Below, one piece after another: positions 26,820-37,517 of a DNA stretch of 64,000 bases (the stretch's first letter is position 1; every line of letters starts with the position of its first letter). Below the pieces are notes generated by a model. It was not told where the DNA came from. It saw only the letters and a list, made by a program, of their open reading frames with translations, and did not search any database. Source of the DNA: Candidatus Kerfeldbacteria bacterium (GTDB lineage Bacteria > Patescibacteriota > Patescibacteriia > SBBC01 > CAIJZX01); the NCBI GenBank assembly GCA_016193315.1, contig JACPSJ010000001.1:406723-470722 (forward strand), read 5' to 3'. The position numbers and the translations under genes are program-made.

Positions 26820-27161
26820 ATGATGCTTCAGATCCTGATTACCCTTTTTGTCTTCTTCGCCATCTCGCGGGTTTGGCTTCGTTACCGTGATGGCAGCATC
26901 GGCGTTCTCGGCACAGCCATGTGGACCCTTCTCTGGCTCCTTATCGCTGGCGTGGCTTGGTGGCCGGCCGTGACGACGCAACTGGCTCATCTCGTCGGCG
27001 TCAAACGCGGCGTCGATGCGGTCGTCTACTTATCGATTGTCGTCCTCTTGTATGGACTTTTTCGACTGTACGTCAAACTGGAGTTCATTGAGCACGAACT
27101 AACCTCGTTGGTTAGAAACCTGGCGTTGCGGGAAGGGGACCGAGGTCGGGCACAAAAATGA
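26820..27161 (+). CDS. DUF2304-like small membrane protein, the usual partner of DPM1-like GT2 genes
   Basis: 113 aa with 3 TM helices and a charged C-terminal tail. It follows the GT2 gene. Confidence 0.45.
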   Translation: MMLQILITLFVFFAISRVWLRYRDGSIGVLGTAMWTLLWLLIAGVAWWPAVTTQLAHLVGVKRGVDAVVYLSIVVLLYGLFRLYVKLEFIEHELTSLVRNLALREGDRGRAQK

Positions 27162-28294
27162 AAATCCTATTCTTAACAGAATTCTACCCTACCACCACCG
27201 AGGGCGACGTTCGGGGTGGGGTTGAGTTACGGACCTACATGGTCAGCCAGGGGCTGGCCGAGAGACACCAAGTCACTGTCGTGGCCGAACGGGAACCCGA
27301 AACAGAGTTCGATTCTCAGATCCGGAAAGTCCATGTCGTTCGGCCTGGACCAGTCAGTCGGTACCGACAAAGCGGGGGGCTGATGAATCGCCTGCGGTAC
27401 TTACTGGCGGCCCGAAAATACGTTCTGGCACAAACGCCAGACATCCTGTTTGCCGAAAACTTCGGGGGTTACACGATCGCCCTCACCCTCCCGAAATCGT
27501 GGCGTGTAAAAACAATACTGACGTATCATGACGTTTGGATCGGAGAATGGGTCAAGAATGTCGGACTGGTCATGGGGTTGATTGGGGAGGTAGTGGAAAG
27601 GATGGTGTTGCGACGTGAGTGGAAACACTACGTGGCAAATAGTGAGATCACGAAAAAAGAGTTGATCAGTCACAATATCGCCGAGAAAAATATTTCAGTG
27701 GTTCATAATGGCATTGATATCGAAGCCTGCGCTCAAATCGTCCCGGAGAAGTTTGATCACCCGACGATTGTCTCAGTGGGGCGATTAGTCAAGTACAAAC
27801 GCCTTGAGAACCTCTTGCGGGCGCTGGTCGAAGTCCGCCAGTCGGTTCCCGAAGTCAGGCTGGTCGTCATTGGATCAGGTCCGGAGGAAAAACGACTGAA
27901 AGCGCTGGCTGATCAGCTTGGGGTGGCGAGGCAGGTTGAATGGCGGGGTTTTGTAACTGATTACCAAAGTGTACTGGCCGCGATCAAGGGCGCGACGGTT
28001 TTTTCCTTGCCGTCAGCAGTCGAGGGGTTTGGGATCGTGACCCTCGAGGCTATGGCTTGCGGGACGCCGTATGTTAGTAGCGACATTCCGCCGACTCGGG
28101 AAGTGTCCCAGGGGCAGGGTGGAATCCTATTCCCAGTCGGCCAGGTGACAGCCTTGGCTGACGGTTTGACCGAGCTGCTGAAAAATCCGGCCAAGCGACA
28201 GCAAATGGGTCAGTCTGGAAAGCAGCGGGCTCAAGCATATGATTGGCGCGCTCTAAGCCGACAGCTCACTTCCCTCGTTGATTCTTTGGCATGA
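27158..28294 (+). CDS. GT4 glycosyltransferase
   Basis: PSAVEGFGIVTLEAMACGTPYVSSD is the GT4 E-x7-E region. Confidence 0.8.
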   Translation: MKILFLTEFYPTTTEGDVRGGVELRTYMVSQGLAERHQVTVVAEREPETEFDSQIRKVHVVRPGPVSRYRQSGGLMNRLRYLLAARKYVLAQTPDILFAENFGGYTIALTLPKSWRVKTILTYHDVWIGEWVKNVGLVMGLIGEVVERMVLRREWKHYVANSEITKKELISHNIAEKNISVVHNGIDIEACAQIVPEKFDHPTIVSVGRLVKYKRLENLLRALVEVRQSVPEVRLVVIGSGPEEKRLKALADQLGVARQVEWRGFVTDYQSVLAAIKGATVFSLPSAVEGFGIVTLEAMACGTPYVSSDIPPTREVSQGQGGILFPVGQVTALADGLTELLKNPAKRQQMGQSGKQRAQAYDWRALSRQLTSLVDSLA

Positions 28295-29415
28295 AACGCG
28301 TGGCCTTCATTGTCGATGCCTGGTTTCCTGTCTACGGCGGCGGTCAAGTCTATGTCTGGGAAATCGCCCGGCGCTTAGTCAAACGAGGGTGGGCGGTCGA
28401 CATTCATACCCGGGCGCTGATTGATGAGGGGGGCAAAGGCTGGGCCCAATCTGAAATGCATGCCGACGGTCACCTGCGTGTTTTCCGCTATCGTCCAACT
28501 AGCCAATTCGGTCAGCCGCTGGTCCGCCTGTGGTTTTTATTTCGGGTCCTGGTGGCTTTGCTCGTTCGTCGAGCCGATGTACTCAACCCGCAATCGATTT
28601 TGCCAGGCCTGCCTAGCTGGTTGGCCGGGAAGCTGATCCGTCGGCCGGTCGTGATGACGGTCCACGGCACCGCGCTCTTTTTACCAACCAGTGGACTTTC
28701 GCTCCGGCAACGGTTTGAACGACGACTGGAGCGTTTTGTCCTAACTGGTCTGCGGTACAGTCGCGAAATTTCGGTCGCCAGCAATTTTGTCAAACTCCCG
28801 AATGTCAATCAGCCGGTGGTTATTATTCCTAATGGAGTTGATGTCTCCCGATTCGACCGGCTTCAGGTGCCAAAGTCCGACCATCCAGCCGTCTTATTTG
28901 TTGGCCGCTTCGACTGGATTAAGGGGATCGACGTGCTGCTCGAGGCGTGGCCGAACGTGCGGTCCGTAATCCCGGCGGCTGAACTGCACTTGGTTGGGTA
29001 TGGGTACGAGCAAGACAAGCTGCGTGACCTTGCTGGCCGGCTGAAGATCGAAGATTCCGTTCACTTTCTTGGTAAACGGTTGGGCGATGACTTGGTCAGG
29101 CTGTTCAAATCCTCGCACCTTTTTGTCCTGCCCTCCCGATCGGAAGGACAACCACTCACCTTGCTGGAAGCCTGGGCGGCAAAATTGCCGGTGGTCGCAA
29201 CGGACGTCGGGGACAATCGGGCTCTGGTCGAGCGGAGTGAGGGTGGGCAAGTAGTCAGCCCGGAAAATAGAGAAGAACTTTCCGCGGCTATCGTTCAAGC
29301 ATTGCAGCACCCGACCGAAGCTAACCAGGCCTATCAGTTGGTGAAGCGGGAGTACTCGTGGGACGTGGCGACGGAACGAATACTTCAACAGTATCAAGCA
29401 GTTTCGCCGTCATGA
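28291..29415 (+). CDS. GT4 glycosyltransferase
   Basis: PSRSEGQPLTLLEAWAAKLPVVATDVG. ATGA overlap. Confidence 0.8.
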   Translation: MKRVAFIVDAWFPVYGGGQVYVWEIARRLVKRGWAVDIHTRALIDEGGKGWAQSEMHADGHLRVFRYRPTSQFGQPLVRLWFLFRVLVALLVRRADVLNPQSILPGLPSWLAGKLIRRPVVMTVHGTALFLPTSGLSLRQRFERRLERFVLTGLRYSREISVASNFVKLPNVNQPVVIIPNGVDVSRFDRLQVPKSDHPAVLFVGRFDWIKGIDVLLEAWPNVRSVIPAAELHLVGYGYEQDKLRDLAGRLKIEDSVHFLGKRLGDDLVRLFKSSHLFVLPSRSEGQPLTLLEAWAAKLPVVATDVGDNRALVERSEGGQVVSPENREELSAAIVQALQHPTEANQAYQLVKREYSWDVATERILQQYQAVSPS

Positions 29416-30581
29416 ATATCGCCTTGCTTGGTCCGGCCTTCCGATCCGACCAGAAAGAAGCGAACGTCATAACGCTCACCAGCTTAGCTCGGTTTTTCCA
29501 ATCGCGCGGGCACCGGGCGATCATCATCAGTAACCGGGAAGGCAGCCTCCCAGTTCATGAAGCACTGGACGGCGGCGTTCATATCTACCGGCCGCACCGT
29601 TGGCTTGATATCCCAATCGGACAAGGCATCAACCCGTTGTTGGTGGTTAACCAGATACTTTCTCCAGCCATGGCCGTGCGCACGGTCCAGCGCCAAGCGC
29701 GGTTGCGGTTTGATATTCTCCACGGATTTAGTGCTGCTCCAATCTTAGCTTGGCGCGAGATTATTGGGCATCACCTCGCCCCGCAGGCAAAACTGGTGCA
29801 TACCATTAAATCCCAGTCGCAGTATGCGGTTGGGTCGTATCGCTGGTCAAAAGCCTTGAATCGAGTTGATCGAGTCCTAGTCCAAAACATGGTCACCAAG
29901 GATCACCTGATGCGGGGCGGGGTGAGGCCGGAAAAAGTCCAGCTCATGCGATCGCATATTAATACTGAGAAATTTGTTACTCATCCGGACAAGGCGAGCC
30001 TGAAAAAACGGTATGGATACGACCGTGGCCCGGTGATTGTCTATTATGGACACTTACTGGCCGTTAAGGGCGTTGACCGCCTAGTCTCGATATTTGCCTT
30101 GGTGCGTTCGAAATACCCGACTGCCAGATTGTTGGTCGGCTGGAGCGGATTGGGTTCACGGTCAGACTTCGACACGCTCGTGGGCAAGCAGGGTTTGTCG
30201 GACGCCGTTGATATTATCACCGACGAAATTCCTATTGTTGATCTCGTGAACCTGGCTGATGTTGCGGTTTTTCCCTATCCGCACCTCCGGTCAACCGAGG
30301 CAAATCCTTCGTGCATTCTCGAATGTATTGCTTGCCGCGTGCCGGTAGTCACCTCCCGCCTCCCCGAACTGCGAGAACTTCTCCAAGAAAGCCGCCAGGT
30401 GCTGATGGCTGATTCGGGCAATGTCCAGGAATATGCCGACCAGGTCGTGCGCCTGCTGGCCGATCAATCGCTGCGCCAATCCATCACCGACGCGGCCCAT
30501 GGTATACTTGGTGATTACCGACTGGACACCATCGGTGACGCTCATCTCGAGCTTTACCGGAATCTCATGAATCGATCATGA
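29412..30581 (+). CDS. GT4-family glycosyltransferase
   Basis: MNIALLGP… start overlaps the upstream stop as ATGA. GT-B-like C-terminal domain. Confidence 0.6.
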   Translation: MNIALLGPAFRSDQKEANVITLTSLARFFQSRGHRAIIISNREGSLPVHEALDGGVHIYRPHRWLDIPIGQGINPLLVVNQILSPAMAVRTVQRQARLRFDILHGFSAAPILAWREIIGHHLAPQAKLVHTIKSQSQYAVGSYRWSKALNRVDRVLVQNMVTKDHLMRGGVRPEKVQLMRSHINTEKFVTHPDKASLKKRYGYDRGPVIVYYGHLLAVKGVDRLVSIFALVRSKYPTARLLVGWSGLGSRSDFDTLVGKQGLSDAVDIITDEIPIVDLVNLADVAVFPYPHLRSTEANPSCILECIACRVPVVTSRLPELRELLQESRQVLMADSGNVQEYADQVVRLLADQSLRQSITDAAHGILGDYRLDTIGDAHLELYRNLMNRS

Positions 30582-31309
30582 ACGATCAAAAAATCCAACA
30601 ATTGTACCGGGACGATGCGCCCAAGTACGACCGCGAGCGTTTCGCTGGTCGGCAAGGTCAGTTGCTCAACCAGCACCAATCCGCAGCCTTACTGAAGGCC
30701 CTGTCGGGTATTCAAAAAAACGCCCCAATTCTCGAAGTCGGCTGCGGCACCGGCCGGTTTCTTGAATTTCTTGAACATCAGGGATTCACAGATTTGACTG
30801 GCGTCGATCAATCTCCGGAAATGCTCGTCGAAGCTGCCAAAAAAACTCGGGCCCAACTGGTCCCAGGCGATGTCTACCGCTTGCCATTTGGCGCCGGATC
30901 GTTTAGTGCGGTTTTTTCCATTCACGTCATCATGCACCTCCAGCGACCGGCCACGGCACTCAGGGAAATGAGCCGGGTTAGCCGGAAACGCATTATTGTT
31001 GACATGAATAACCTTCTCAGCCTGTCGGCCGCCTCATCGATCGTTCGCCACGGGCAGAACGCTTGGCGCCGTTTGCGGGGCCGCCCAGCGGTGGCTACCG
31101 CGCCAAACCAATTTAGATTCAGGCAATTTGTGTCGATGGTGCCCGAGGCTGAGCTGCAACAAAAAATCATGTCCTACCCGTTGCCGCTGACCGGTCCAAT
31201 GCCAGGCATCTACCTGAAACACTACCAGCGACTAGCCAACCGCCTTGGTCCACTCGTGGCACCAAACTGGGCCTCGCAATATTTGCTGGTTTTTCAAAAA
31301 AGCAAATGA
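30578..31309 (+). CDS. Class I SAM-dependent methyltransferase
   Basis: ILEVGCGTGRFLEFL is motif I, and LVPGDVYRLPF is the post-I acidic motif. Confidence 0.75.
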   Translation: MNDQKIQQLYRDDAPKYDRERFAGRQGQLLNQHQSAALLKALSGIQKNAPILEVGCGTGRFLEFLEHQGFTDLTGVDQSPEMLVEAAKKTRAQLVPGDVYRLPFGAGSFSAVFSIHVIMHLQRPATALREMSRVSRKRIIVDMNNLLSLSAASSIVRHGQNAWRRLRGRPAVATAPNQFRFRQFVSMVPEAELQQKIMSYPLPLTGPMPGIYLKHYQRLANRLGPLVAPNWASQYLLVFQKSK

Positions 31310-32985
31310 ACGCTCATTCCAAAACAACTAGCACCCGCTTCTGGCTCGTTGGCGGCAGCTTGTTGATTACCGTGCTGTTAGCTATAACCATGTACTATCG
31401 GCCGGTATTTCGTTCACCGCTCTTGGCCCGCAGCTACGACGGCTTGTACCATCTGTCCATGCTCAAAAGGGGAATAGCCGAAGGCCAGTGGCAGGCAACC
31501 ACCGGCCTGTTCTGGGGTAGGCTCAATGCGACGTACCCACCCGGGTTTCGATATTATGCGCTCGGCCTGAAAGCCATGCTGCACCTCAATCAGCTAACCA
31601 CCCTTTCACGAATATCGATCGGTTTGATCATGGCGGGGGTACTGATCAGCTACTTCTTCGTGGCTCGTTTTGTATTACAGTCTAGCGTCCTCGGCTGGCT
31701 GGCGACACTGCTGGTGGTCTTCAGCTATTATCCGATGCGACGGCTATCATTTTTTTTGCCGGAAAACTTGGCGCTGCTGTGGCTGCTATTATTCTTAGCC
31801 GCCATCCACTCCCGTTGGCGGCCGTGGCTCAAATATAGTTTGGGTGGTGTCTTGTTAGCCGCCATCGCCCTGACGAATGTCCTGACGACCACCATCATCC
31901 TGGCGGCCTTAACCCTATGGTTGTCTATTCTCATTTGGCACGGCCGGGTCCGTGATGGTATTCACACAGCCATCATGGCCGCCGCCGCTTTGGTGGTCAC
32001 GTTACCGTTGCTTCGGACGGATAAATTCTGGCTTCACTACCTCCGACTATCGGTGCTGGCCGGCGCGGCTTTACTGTTGCTCGTCGCGGTGGCCAAGACC
32101 ATAACCCGCAATTTGCAGTCCTCAACTAAATCGTGGCTCGGATCGGCACTGGTGCTCCTGGCTATCGGTGGCCTCGTCGTACCATTGTTTTTTTTCAACG
32201 GCGGGTGGTTGAAACCATGGCTGACCAGTCGTTACTGGCCGGTAGTTGATTTGTCGTCGACCGTAGCCAATGTCTTTACTCATAACTTTTTAGTGAACGC
32301 CGAACGGCAAGTCAGCTTGCAACCCCTGATGACGTACCTGACTATCGGGGGGTTAGCCGTCTTAACCTGGCGCCGGCAGCTGTTCGATCAGCGTTTCGGG
32401 CTGGTGACCATTATCGTCGTACTCAACGCAGCCATCTATTTGCTCGGGCCATTTTTTGGGATTAACCCTTCGATCAATGCCCCGCGAGCGATGTTGTACC
32501 TGGCCTTGTTTGCGCCGATGCTGGCCGTTTTTTTTCTCCACCAACTCCAGCGAGCCTGGCGCTGGTCGTGGGTAACGCCGATGATCGTCGCGGTGATGGC
32601 GATCACTAGCGTGCCGCACATCATCCGCTTTGTCAGCCAAGCCGAAGTTCGCCCCCTTCCGCCGTCCGTTACTGACTACGTCGACACACACCTGAAGACC
32701 GGCCAATACCTGTTGACCGACGGTCGATCATTCCTGTGGTTGTATTACCGCAGCCCGCGACCGTTAGCATATCTTTTTTCCACCCCGCCTGTCGCGCCGG
32801 ATCAGCTCTTGGCCGATCAGACCGGACAGACCTTGACGACGAATCATGTCCAGTTCGTTCTCAGTACTCCGAACTACCAGCCGCTCACAGATCCCGCCGA
32901 CCCTAACCGGCCGATTCCCGTCAACCTTCGGCTGGTGGTTGATGATCAAGGATTCAGTCTTTACGAGCGTACGTCGGAACCGTGA
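31306..32985 (+). CDS. Large polytopic membrane protein with a C-terminal extracytoplasmic domain (candidate glycan polymerase or GT-C-type transferase)
   Basis: 559 aa with about 13 TM helices, embedded in the glycosyltransferase locus. Contains three T8 homopolymer tracts. Confidence 0.4.
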   Translation: MNAHSKTTSTRFWLVGGSLLITVLLAITMYYRPVFRSPLLARSYDGLYHLSMLKRGIAEGQWQATTGLFWGRLNATYPPGFRYYALGLKAMLHLNQLTTLSRISIGLIMAGVLISYFFVARFVLQSSVLGWLATLLVVFSYYPMRRLSFFLPENLALLWLLLFLAAIHSRWRPWLKYSLGGVLLAAIALTNVLTTTIILAALTLWLSILIWHGRVRDGIHTAIMAAAALVVTLPLLRTDKFWLHYLRLSVLAGAALLLLVAVAKTITRNLQSSTKSWLGSALVLLAIGGLVVPLFFFNGGWLKPWLTSRYWPVVDLSSTVANVFTHNFLVNAERQVSLQPLMTYLTIGGLAVLTWRRQLFDQRFGLVTIIVVLNAAIYLLGPFFGINPSINAPRAMLYLALFAPMLAVFFLHQLQRAWRWSWVTPMIVAVMAITSVPHIIRFVSQAEVRPLPPSVTDYVDTHLKTGQYLLTDGRSFLWLYYRSPRPLAYLFSTPPVAPDQLLADQTGQTLTTNHVQFVLSTPNYQPLTDPADPNRPIPVNLRLVVDDQGFSLYERTSEP

Positions 32986-34175
32986 AGATCCTAGTGACGG
33001 CGTTTGTCTACCTCGGCGAAGATGCCGGGTCGACGCACGTCTTCGAAATATGGAGACACCTGGCGAAACAACATCAAGTCACAATTCTCCTACCGCAGGC
33101 TTCCGAAATTCAAGTTCAAACATTCAATCAGATCATTAGCCCCCGGGTCATTCGCTTTGTCCCTGGCACGAGGCGCTGGCCGGGAGGCGGATTGGTTCGT
33201 CGGTTCGGTTACGTTTTGACCGCGGCCTGGTATGAGTTCTATGTTTTTGGCTACCTCGTTGGCCATGCCGTTGACGCGATTTATGTCCGCTTGATGTATT
33301 CAAGTATCTCGCCGTTGTTTTTTCGGTGGTTTCACCGGCCGTATGTAGTGGAAGTCAATGGCTTAGCTCACTTGGGGTCGGTGGTTCTTCGTCGGAACCT
33401 CTTGATACGATTGACCATGTCCTGGCAAGCCTTGATCGAGCGACGCATCCTCCGTGGCGCACGGCAGGTGGTCACCGTGACCGAAAAATTATCACAGGTC
33501 TTGAGCCGTATCTACGGGCTTGAGCGTCAGTCTATCACCGTCGTGCCAAATGGGGCCGACCCCGATCTCTTTCAGCCCATTGACTCGGCTCGACAAACAG
33601 TTAGCCTTGAGCCCCAAACGATCTATCTTGGCTTCGCTGGGCACCTCGCTCCGTGGCAGGGGATAGAGTACGTGGTCCGAGCGTTAGCCCTGCTGCCTAA
33701 GGATGTTCAGGCGCTCGTCATCGGCCAAGGACCGATGAAACAAGCCTGGGAATCGCTCGCCGCCGAGCTAGGAGTCGCCGATCGATGCCGTTTTACCGGG
33801 CTGGTTCCATACCCCCAAGTGCCGATCTACCTCAACGCCTGCGATATTATGGTGGCCCCGTTTACCGCCCGTCGCAATGCCGATCTCGGCATTTCGCCGC
33901 TGAAGTTGTATGAATACATGGCTTGTGCCAAACCCGTGCTAACGACCGATGTCCCGGGCGTGGCCGAGGTGGTGCGGAAGTATGATTGCGGGCTGGTCGT
34001 GCCGGCCGAAGACGCGCAAGAGTTGGCCAAGGGCGTCACGCAGTTACTCCAGCGTCGGGCTGAGTGGGCGGCGATGGGCCAGCGCGGTCGGCAGGCGGTG
34101 ATCGATGGGTTTTCCTGGGCCGCTCAAGCCGCGAAAGTTGAGCGAGTGGTGCTGGCCGCGGCTAAGCGGTCGTAG
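32982..34175 (+). CDS. GT4 glycosyltransferase
   Basis: …FTARRNADLGISPLKLYEYMACAKPVLTTDVPG… is a GT4 C-terminal domain. Confidence 0.75.
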   Translation: MKILVTAFVYLGEDAGSTHVFEIWRHLAKQHQVTILLPQASEIQVQTFNQIISPRVIRFVPGTRRWPGGGLVRRFGYVLTAAWYEFYVFGYLVGHAVDAIYVRLMYSSISPLFFRWFHRPYVVEVNGLAHLGSVVLRRNLLIRLTMSWQALIERRILRGARQVVTVTEKLSQVLSRIYGLERQSITVVPNGADPDLFQPIDSARQTVSLEPQTIYLGFAGHLAPWQGIEYVVRALALLPKDVQALVIGQGPMKQAWESLAAELGVADRCRFTGLVPYPQVPIYLNACDIMVAPFTARRNADLGISPLKLYEYMACAKPVLTTDVPGVAEVVRKYDCGLVVPAEDAQELAKGVTQLLQRRAEWAAMGQRGRQAVIDGFSWAAQAAKVERVVLAAAKRS

Positions 34176-35386
34176 AGCGCCAGAAGTTTTTTTGCTTCGA
34201 TTGCCCAGTTGAATCGCTGCTCGGCCGCTTGCCGGGCATTCCGCCGCATTTCCCTGTAAGCAGGTGATTCACAAACTTTACGTATTGCTGCAGCCATTGT
34301 TTTAGGCTTCGTGTCGGCAAAAAGTTCCCCCAATCGATTCTCCCGAATAAGTCTCCCCATCACCGGTAGATTTGTGGCGGCGATCGGCAGACCAGACATC
34401 ATAAACTCAAACAGTTTGTTTGGAGAAGCAAGTCGGTTGTTTTCGTTTGTTCCTTTGAACGGTATGACCCCAACTGCAGACGCCATGTTGTATTTGATTA
34501 AATCATCAAACGGGACAGGATCATGAAAGAAGACCCGCGGGGTTAGATGATGTGCTCTGGCCAACGATTGCAATTCGCTCATCTGTTTTTGGGGGGCTGT
34601 TAAAAACAACACCAACGCATAGTCAGAAGGGAGAAATTCTATGCACACAATGAGTTCCGGGACTGCGCGAGAATCATTCCAGCTACCCTGGTAGACGACT
34701 ATTTTTACTTTAGGGGCCAGGTCGAGTTGTTTATGGAGGTCAACGGGAACGGTATTTTTTTGCAGTTCTGGCACGTTATAAATCACTAGCGGATCAGGGA
34801 TCGAATATTTGGTTGCAAGACGATTTGCGATTACCGGATTAACGGTGATAACAGCATCAGCGTGGCGGATGTACTTTTGTTCCACGCGTCCGTAATACCA
34901 ACGAAGCCAAACTAAGTAGAAGAGGCCAACAATGGGGAATATGATGCTGAGACGTATCATGGCCAAGAATAGTTCATGGCTGTCATATACTACACGTACA
35001 CCCCGCTCTTGTGCGACTTTGGAACACGCCGACAAAGTATCGAGATCGTGCGCGTGGTAGATATCAGCGTCGATCCGGCGAAGTTCGATATAAACACGCC
35101 TTTGTGTTTCGTTACCAACTAAAAAAATAGGCCTGTAGTAACGAATAACCTCCCAGATTATTTTCAGATGGTTCGACGAAAATCGGAACGGTTTAATACG
35201 TCTGATGGCTATTCCGTCACGATTTTCTTTAGCGGTTGTTCGATCGCTCAACAACCCGACCACGGTTACGTCGTACCCGGCCTTGGCCAACGTTCGGGCT
35301 TCCTTTATCACCCGCTGGTCATGAACGACATCATTCATAACGGCCATTGCCACGCGTTTCCCTGGCATACTTGTTAGCGGAGACAC
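34124..35386 (-). CDS. GT4-like glycosyltransferase (AT-rich, about 46% GC); start uncertain (35386 or 35368)
   Basis: …VIPFKGTNENNRLASPNKLFEFMMSGLPIAATNLPVMGRLI… is a GT4 C-terminal region. Confidence 0.6.
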   Translation of the reverse strand: MSPLTSMPGKRVAMAVMNDVVHDQRVIKEARTLAKAGYDVTVVGLLSDRTTAKENRDGIAIRRIKPFRFSSNHLKIIWEVIRYYRPIFLVGNETQRRVYIELRRIDADIYHAHDLDTLSACSKVAQERGVRVVYDSHELFLAMIRLSIIFPIVGLFYLVWLRWYYGRVEQKYIRHADAVITVNPVIANRLATKYSIPDPLVIYNVPELQKNTVPVDLHKQLDLAPKVKIVVYQGSWNDSRAVPELIVCIEFLPSDYALVLFLTAPQKQMSELQSLARAHHLTPRVFFHDPVPFDDLIKYNMASAVGVIPFKGTNENNRLASPNKLFEFMMSGLPIAATNLPVMGRLIRENRLGELFADTKPKTMAAAIRKVCESPAYREMRRNARQAAEQRFNWAIEAKKLLALYDRLAAASTTRSTFAA

Positions 35387-36462
35387 TTGATTATAACCCG
35401 AACTATTTTTTCAGCAGCTCTGCCATCGCCATAGCTATTGCGGTGGACGATGGGACGGCGGATGTTTTTGAGGGCTTTAGAAATTGTTCGAGGGTCAGTG
35501 CCGACCAAGGTATTCCATCCTTCTTGAACAGTCTCGGTCCACTCGGTTTCCTCGCGCAAGGTGATACATGGTACAAACAGGAAATAGGCTTCTTTCTGAA
35601 GGCCGCCCGAGTCAGTCAGTATCACTTTTGCTTCACGAACAAGATCGACCATCGACTTGTAATCGAGCGGCTCGATGAGATGTAATTGATTTGACCGGAT
35701 CTTGTTCATAAGGCCAAATTTCCGAAGCATTTTTCTTGTTCTTGGATGAACGGGGAAAATAATCGGGAAATCAGCCTTCCTGAGAGCAAGAACAAGGTTA
35801 GTTAGCTTATCGCGATCATCAGTATTCCCCGCACGGTGTATCGTCAGTACCCCATATGATCGCTTGTGAATCCCGAACCCCTTTTGCATTTTCGGGAAGA
35901 CAGATGGGCTCTGAGCAGTATCTCGCAAAGCGTCTATCATAATGTCGCCAACGATGTGGACGCCTGCGTTTATTCCCTCTCGGCGAAGATTACGAGCGGC
36001 GGCAAGAGTCGGACAAAAATGTATAGCCGCGACGTGATCAGTCGTAACCCGATTGACTTCTTCGGGCATTTCCCAATTAAAGCTACGCATCCCACCTTCG
36101 ACATGAGCCAAAGGAATCCGAAGTTTTGCTGCCGCTAGTGCTCCGGCCAAAGTGGAATTCGTGTCGCCGTACACAATGATGAGATCTGGTTCCTCTTTTT
36201 TTAAAACCGTTTCTAGCCTGATGAGCATTTTGCCTGTTTGTTCACCATGGTCCCCGGAACCGATTCCTAAATCGTACTTTGGTTTCGGTAAGCCCAGATC
36301 TTTAAAAAAGACGCGAGACATTAAGAAATCATAATGCTGACCAGTGTGAACAATTACATGTCGATAACGTTTCTTCAGCGCCCGATCGAGCGGCCCTAGC
36401 TTGATAAATTGGGGCCGAGCGCCGACGATTGACAAAATTTTCTTCAAACGCTTTTTTTGCAT
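35374..36462 (-). CDS. wecB: UDP-N-acetylglucosamine 2-epimerase (non-hydrolysing)
   Basis: ILSIVGARPQFIKLGPL…HTGQHYD…YGDTNSTLAGALAAAKLRIPLAHVEGGMRSFN. About 43% GC. Confidence 0.85.
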   Translation of the reverse strand: MQKKRLKKILSIVGARPQFIKLGPLDRALKKRYRHVIVHTGQHYDFLMSRVFFKDLGLPKPKYDLGIGSGDHGEQTGKMLIRLETVLKKEEPDLIIVYGDTNSTLAGALAAAKLRIPLAHVEGGMRSFNWEMPEEVNRVTTDHVAAIHFCPTLAAARNLRREGINAGVHIVGDIMIDALRDTAQSPSVFPKMQKGFGIHKRSYGVLTIHRAGNTDDRDKLTNLVLALRKADFPIIFPVHPRTRKMLRKFGLMNKIRSNQLHLIEPLDYKSMVDLVREAKVILTDSGGLQKEAYFLFVPCITLREETEWTETVQEGWNTLVGTDPRTISKALKNIRRPIVHRNSYGDGRAAEKIVRVIIKCLR

Positions 36463-37517
36463 TGTTGATATAAGGTTATCATAAATTCTACACTATCGTC
36501 CCATCTGTATCGTTCAAACACAAATTCCCGTCCAGCTCGACCCATGTTTCGTCGGAGCGCTTCATCGCCTACTAGCCGGAGAATGTTTTTAGCTAGCGCC
36601 TCAGCATCACCAGGTGGAATAAGAAAGCCGGTTACTCCGTCTTTGACTACCTCTGGCAGGCCGCCAACGCGACTGGCCACCACCGGCAAACCGCAAGCCG
36701 CCGCTTCCAACGCGGCCACGCCGAACGATTCGCTCCGCGACGGCATGACCATCAAATCAGATCGACGCAACAGCTCGACGACTTCTCCCGATGTCAAACG
36801 TCCAACAAAAGTGACGTTTTGCTGTACGCCACTAGATCTAACCAGCCCATTGATCTGAGCATCGGCCTGATCAGTGATGAGGACGTGGACATCGGGATAG
36901 TCGCGAACGACGATGGCCAGGGCGCGCAGCAGTACATCGAACCCATAGATTGGTCGCAGTTTTTTTATAAAAGCAATCGCCAACCCATGTGGTTGTGGCA
37001 GCGTTCCGGGAGAGAAGACGGAGGTGTCAACTCCAAATGGAACGACTTCAACCGGACGTCGGCTGAGCTCCTGTGTCCGGTCGGCCAGGTAGCGCGAACT
37101 AGCGGTAATGATGGTCGCCCGGCGGAGCATCAGCCGCCTGACCCACTGAAACGTCGGGTGCGATTGTGATAATAGAATATCCGATCCCCAAACGGTGATG
37201 ATCACGTGGCGAAGGTTGGTGGTCGCGATAAGGTACCGAAGGCTCGGGCGGAGGTAATGGAGATGGATAATGTCCGGGTTGGTTTGTAGGATCGCTCGTC
37301 GCAGTCGATACCCGTCAACGACAGCCCTGATGTATCGTATGGCCGGCGGTCCGGTGCTCGGCCGAATAACGACCACGTTCACCGGCGCTTGCGTCCAGTC
37401 TGACTCACTCATCACCGTAATGTCATGACCGCGTTCTGCCAGACTGGTAGCCCAACGTTGAAGATGGATGCTGGCCGCGTCGCCGACGAGCACAACCCGA
37501 TAGAGTCCGGTGTTCAT
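36444..37517 (-). CDS. GT4 glycosyltransferase
   Basis: PSRSESFGVAALEAAACGLPVVASRVGGLPEVV. Confidence 0.8.
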   Translation of the reverse strand: MNTGLYRVVLVGDAASIHLQRWATSLAERGHDITVMSESDWTQAPVNVVVIRPSTGPPAIRYIRAVVDGYRLRRAILQTNPDIIHLHYLRPSLRYLIATTNLRHVIITVWGSDILLSQSHPTFQWVRRLMLRRATIITASSRYLADRTQELSRRPVEVVPFGVDTSVFSPGTLPQPHGLAIAFIKKLRPIYGFDVLLRALAIVVRDYPDVHVLITDQADAQINGLVRSSGVQQNVTFVGRLTSGEVVELLRRSDLMVMPSRSESFGVAALEAAACGLPVVASRVGGLPEVVKDGVTGFLIPPGDAEALAKNILRLVGDEALRRNMGRAGREFVFERYRWDDSVEFMITLYQQCKKSV

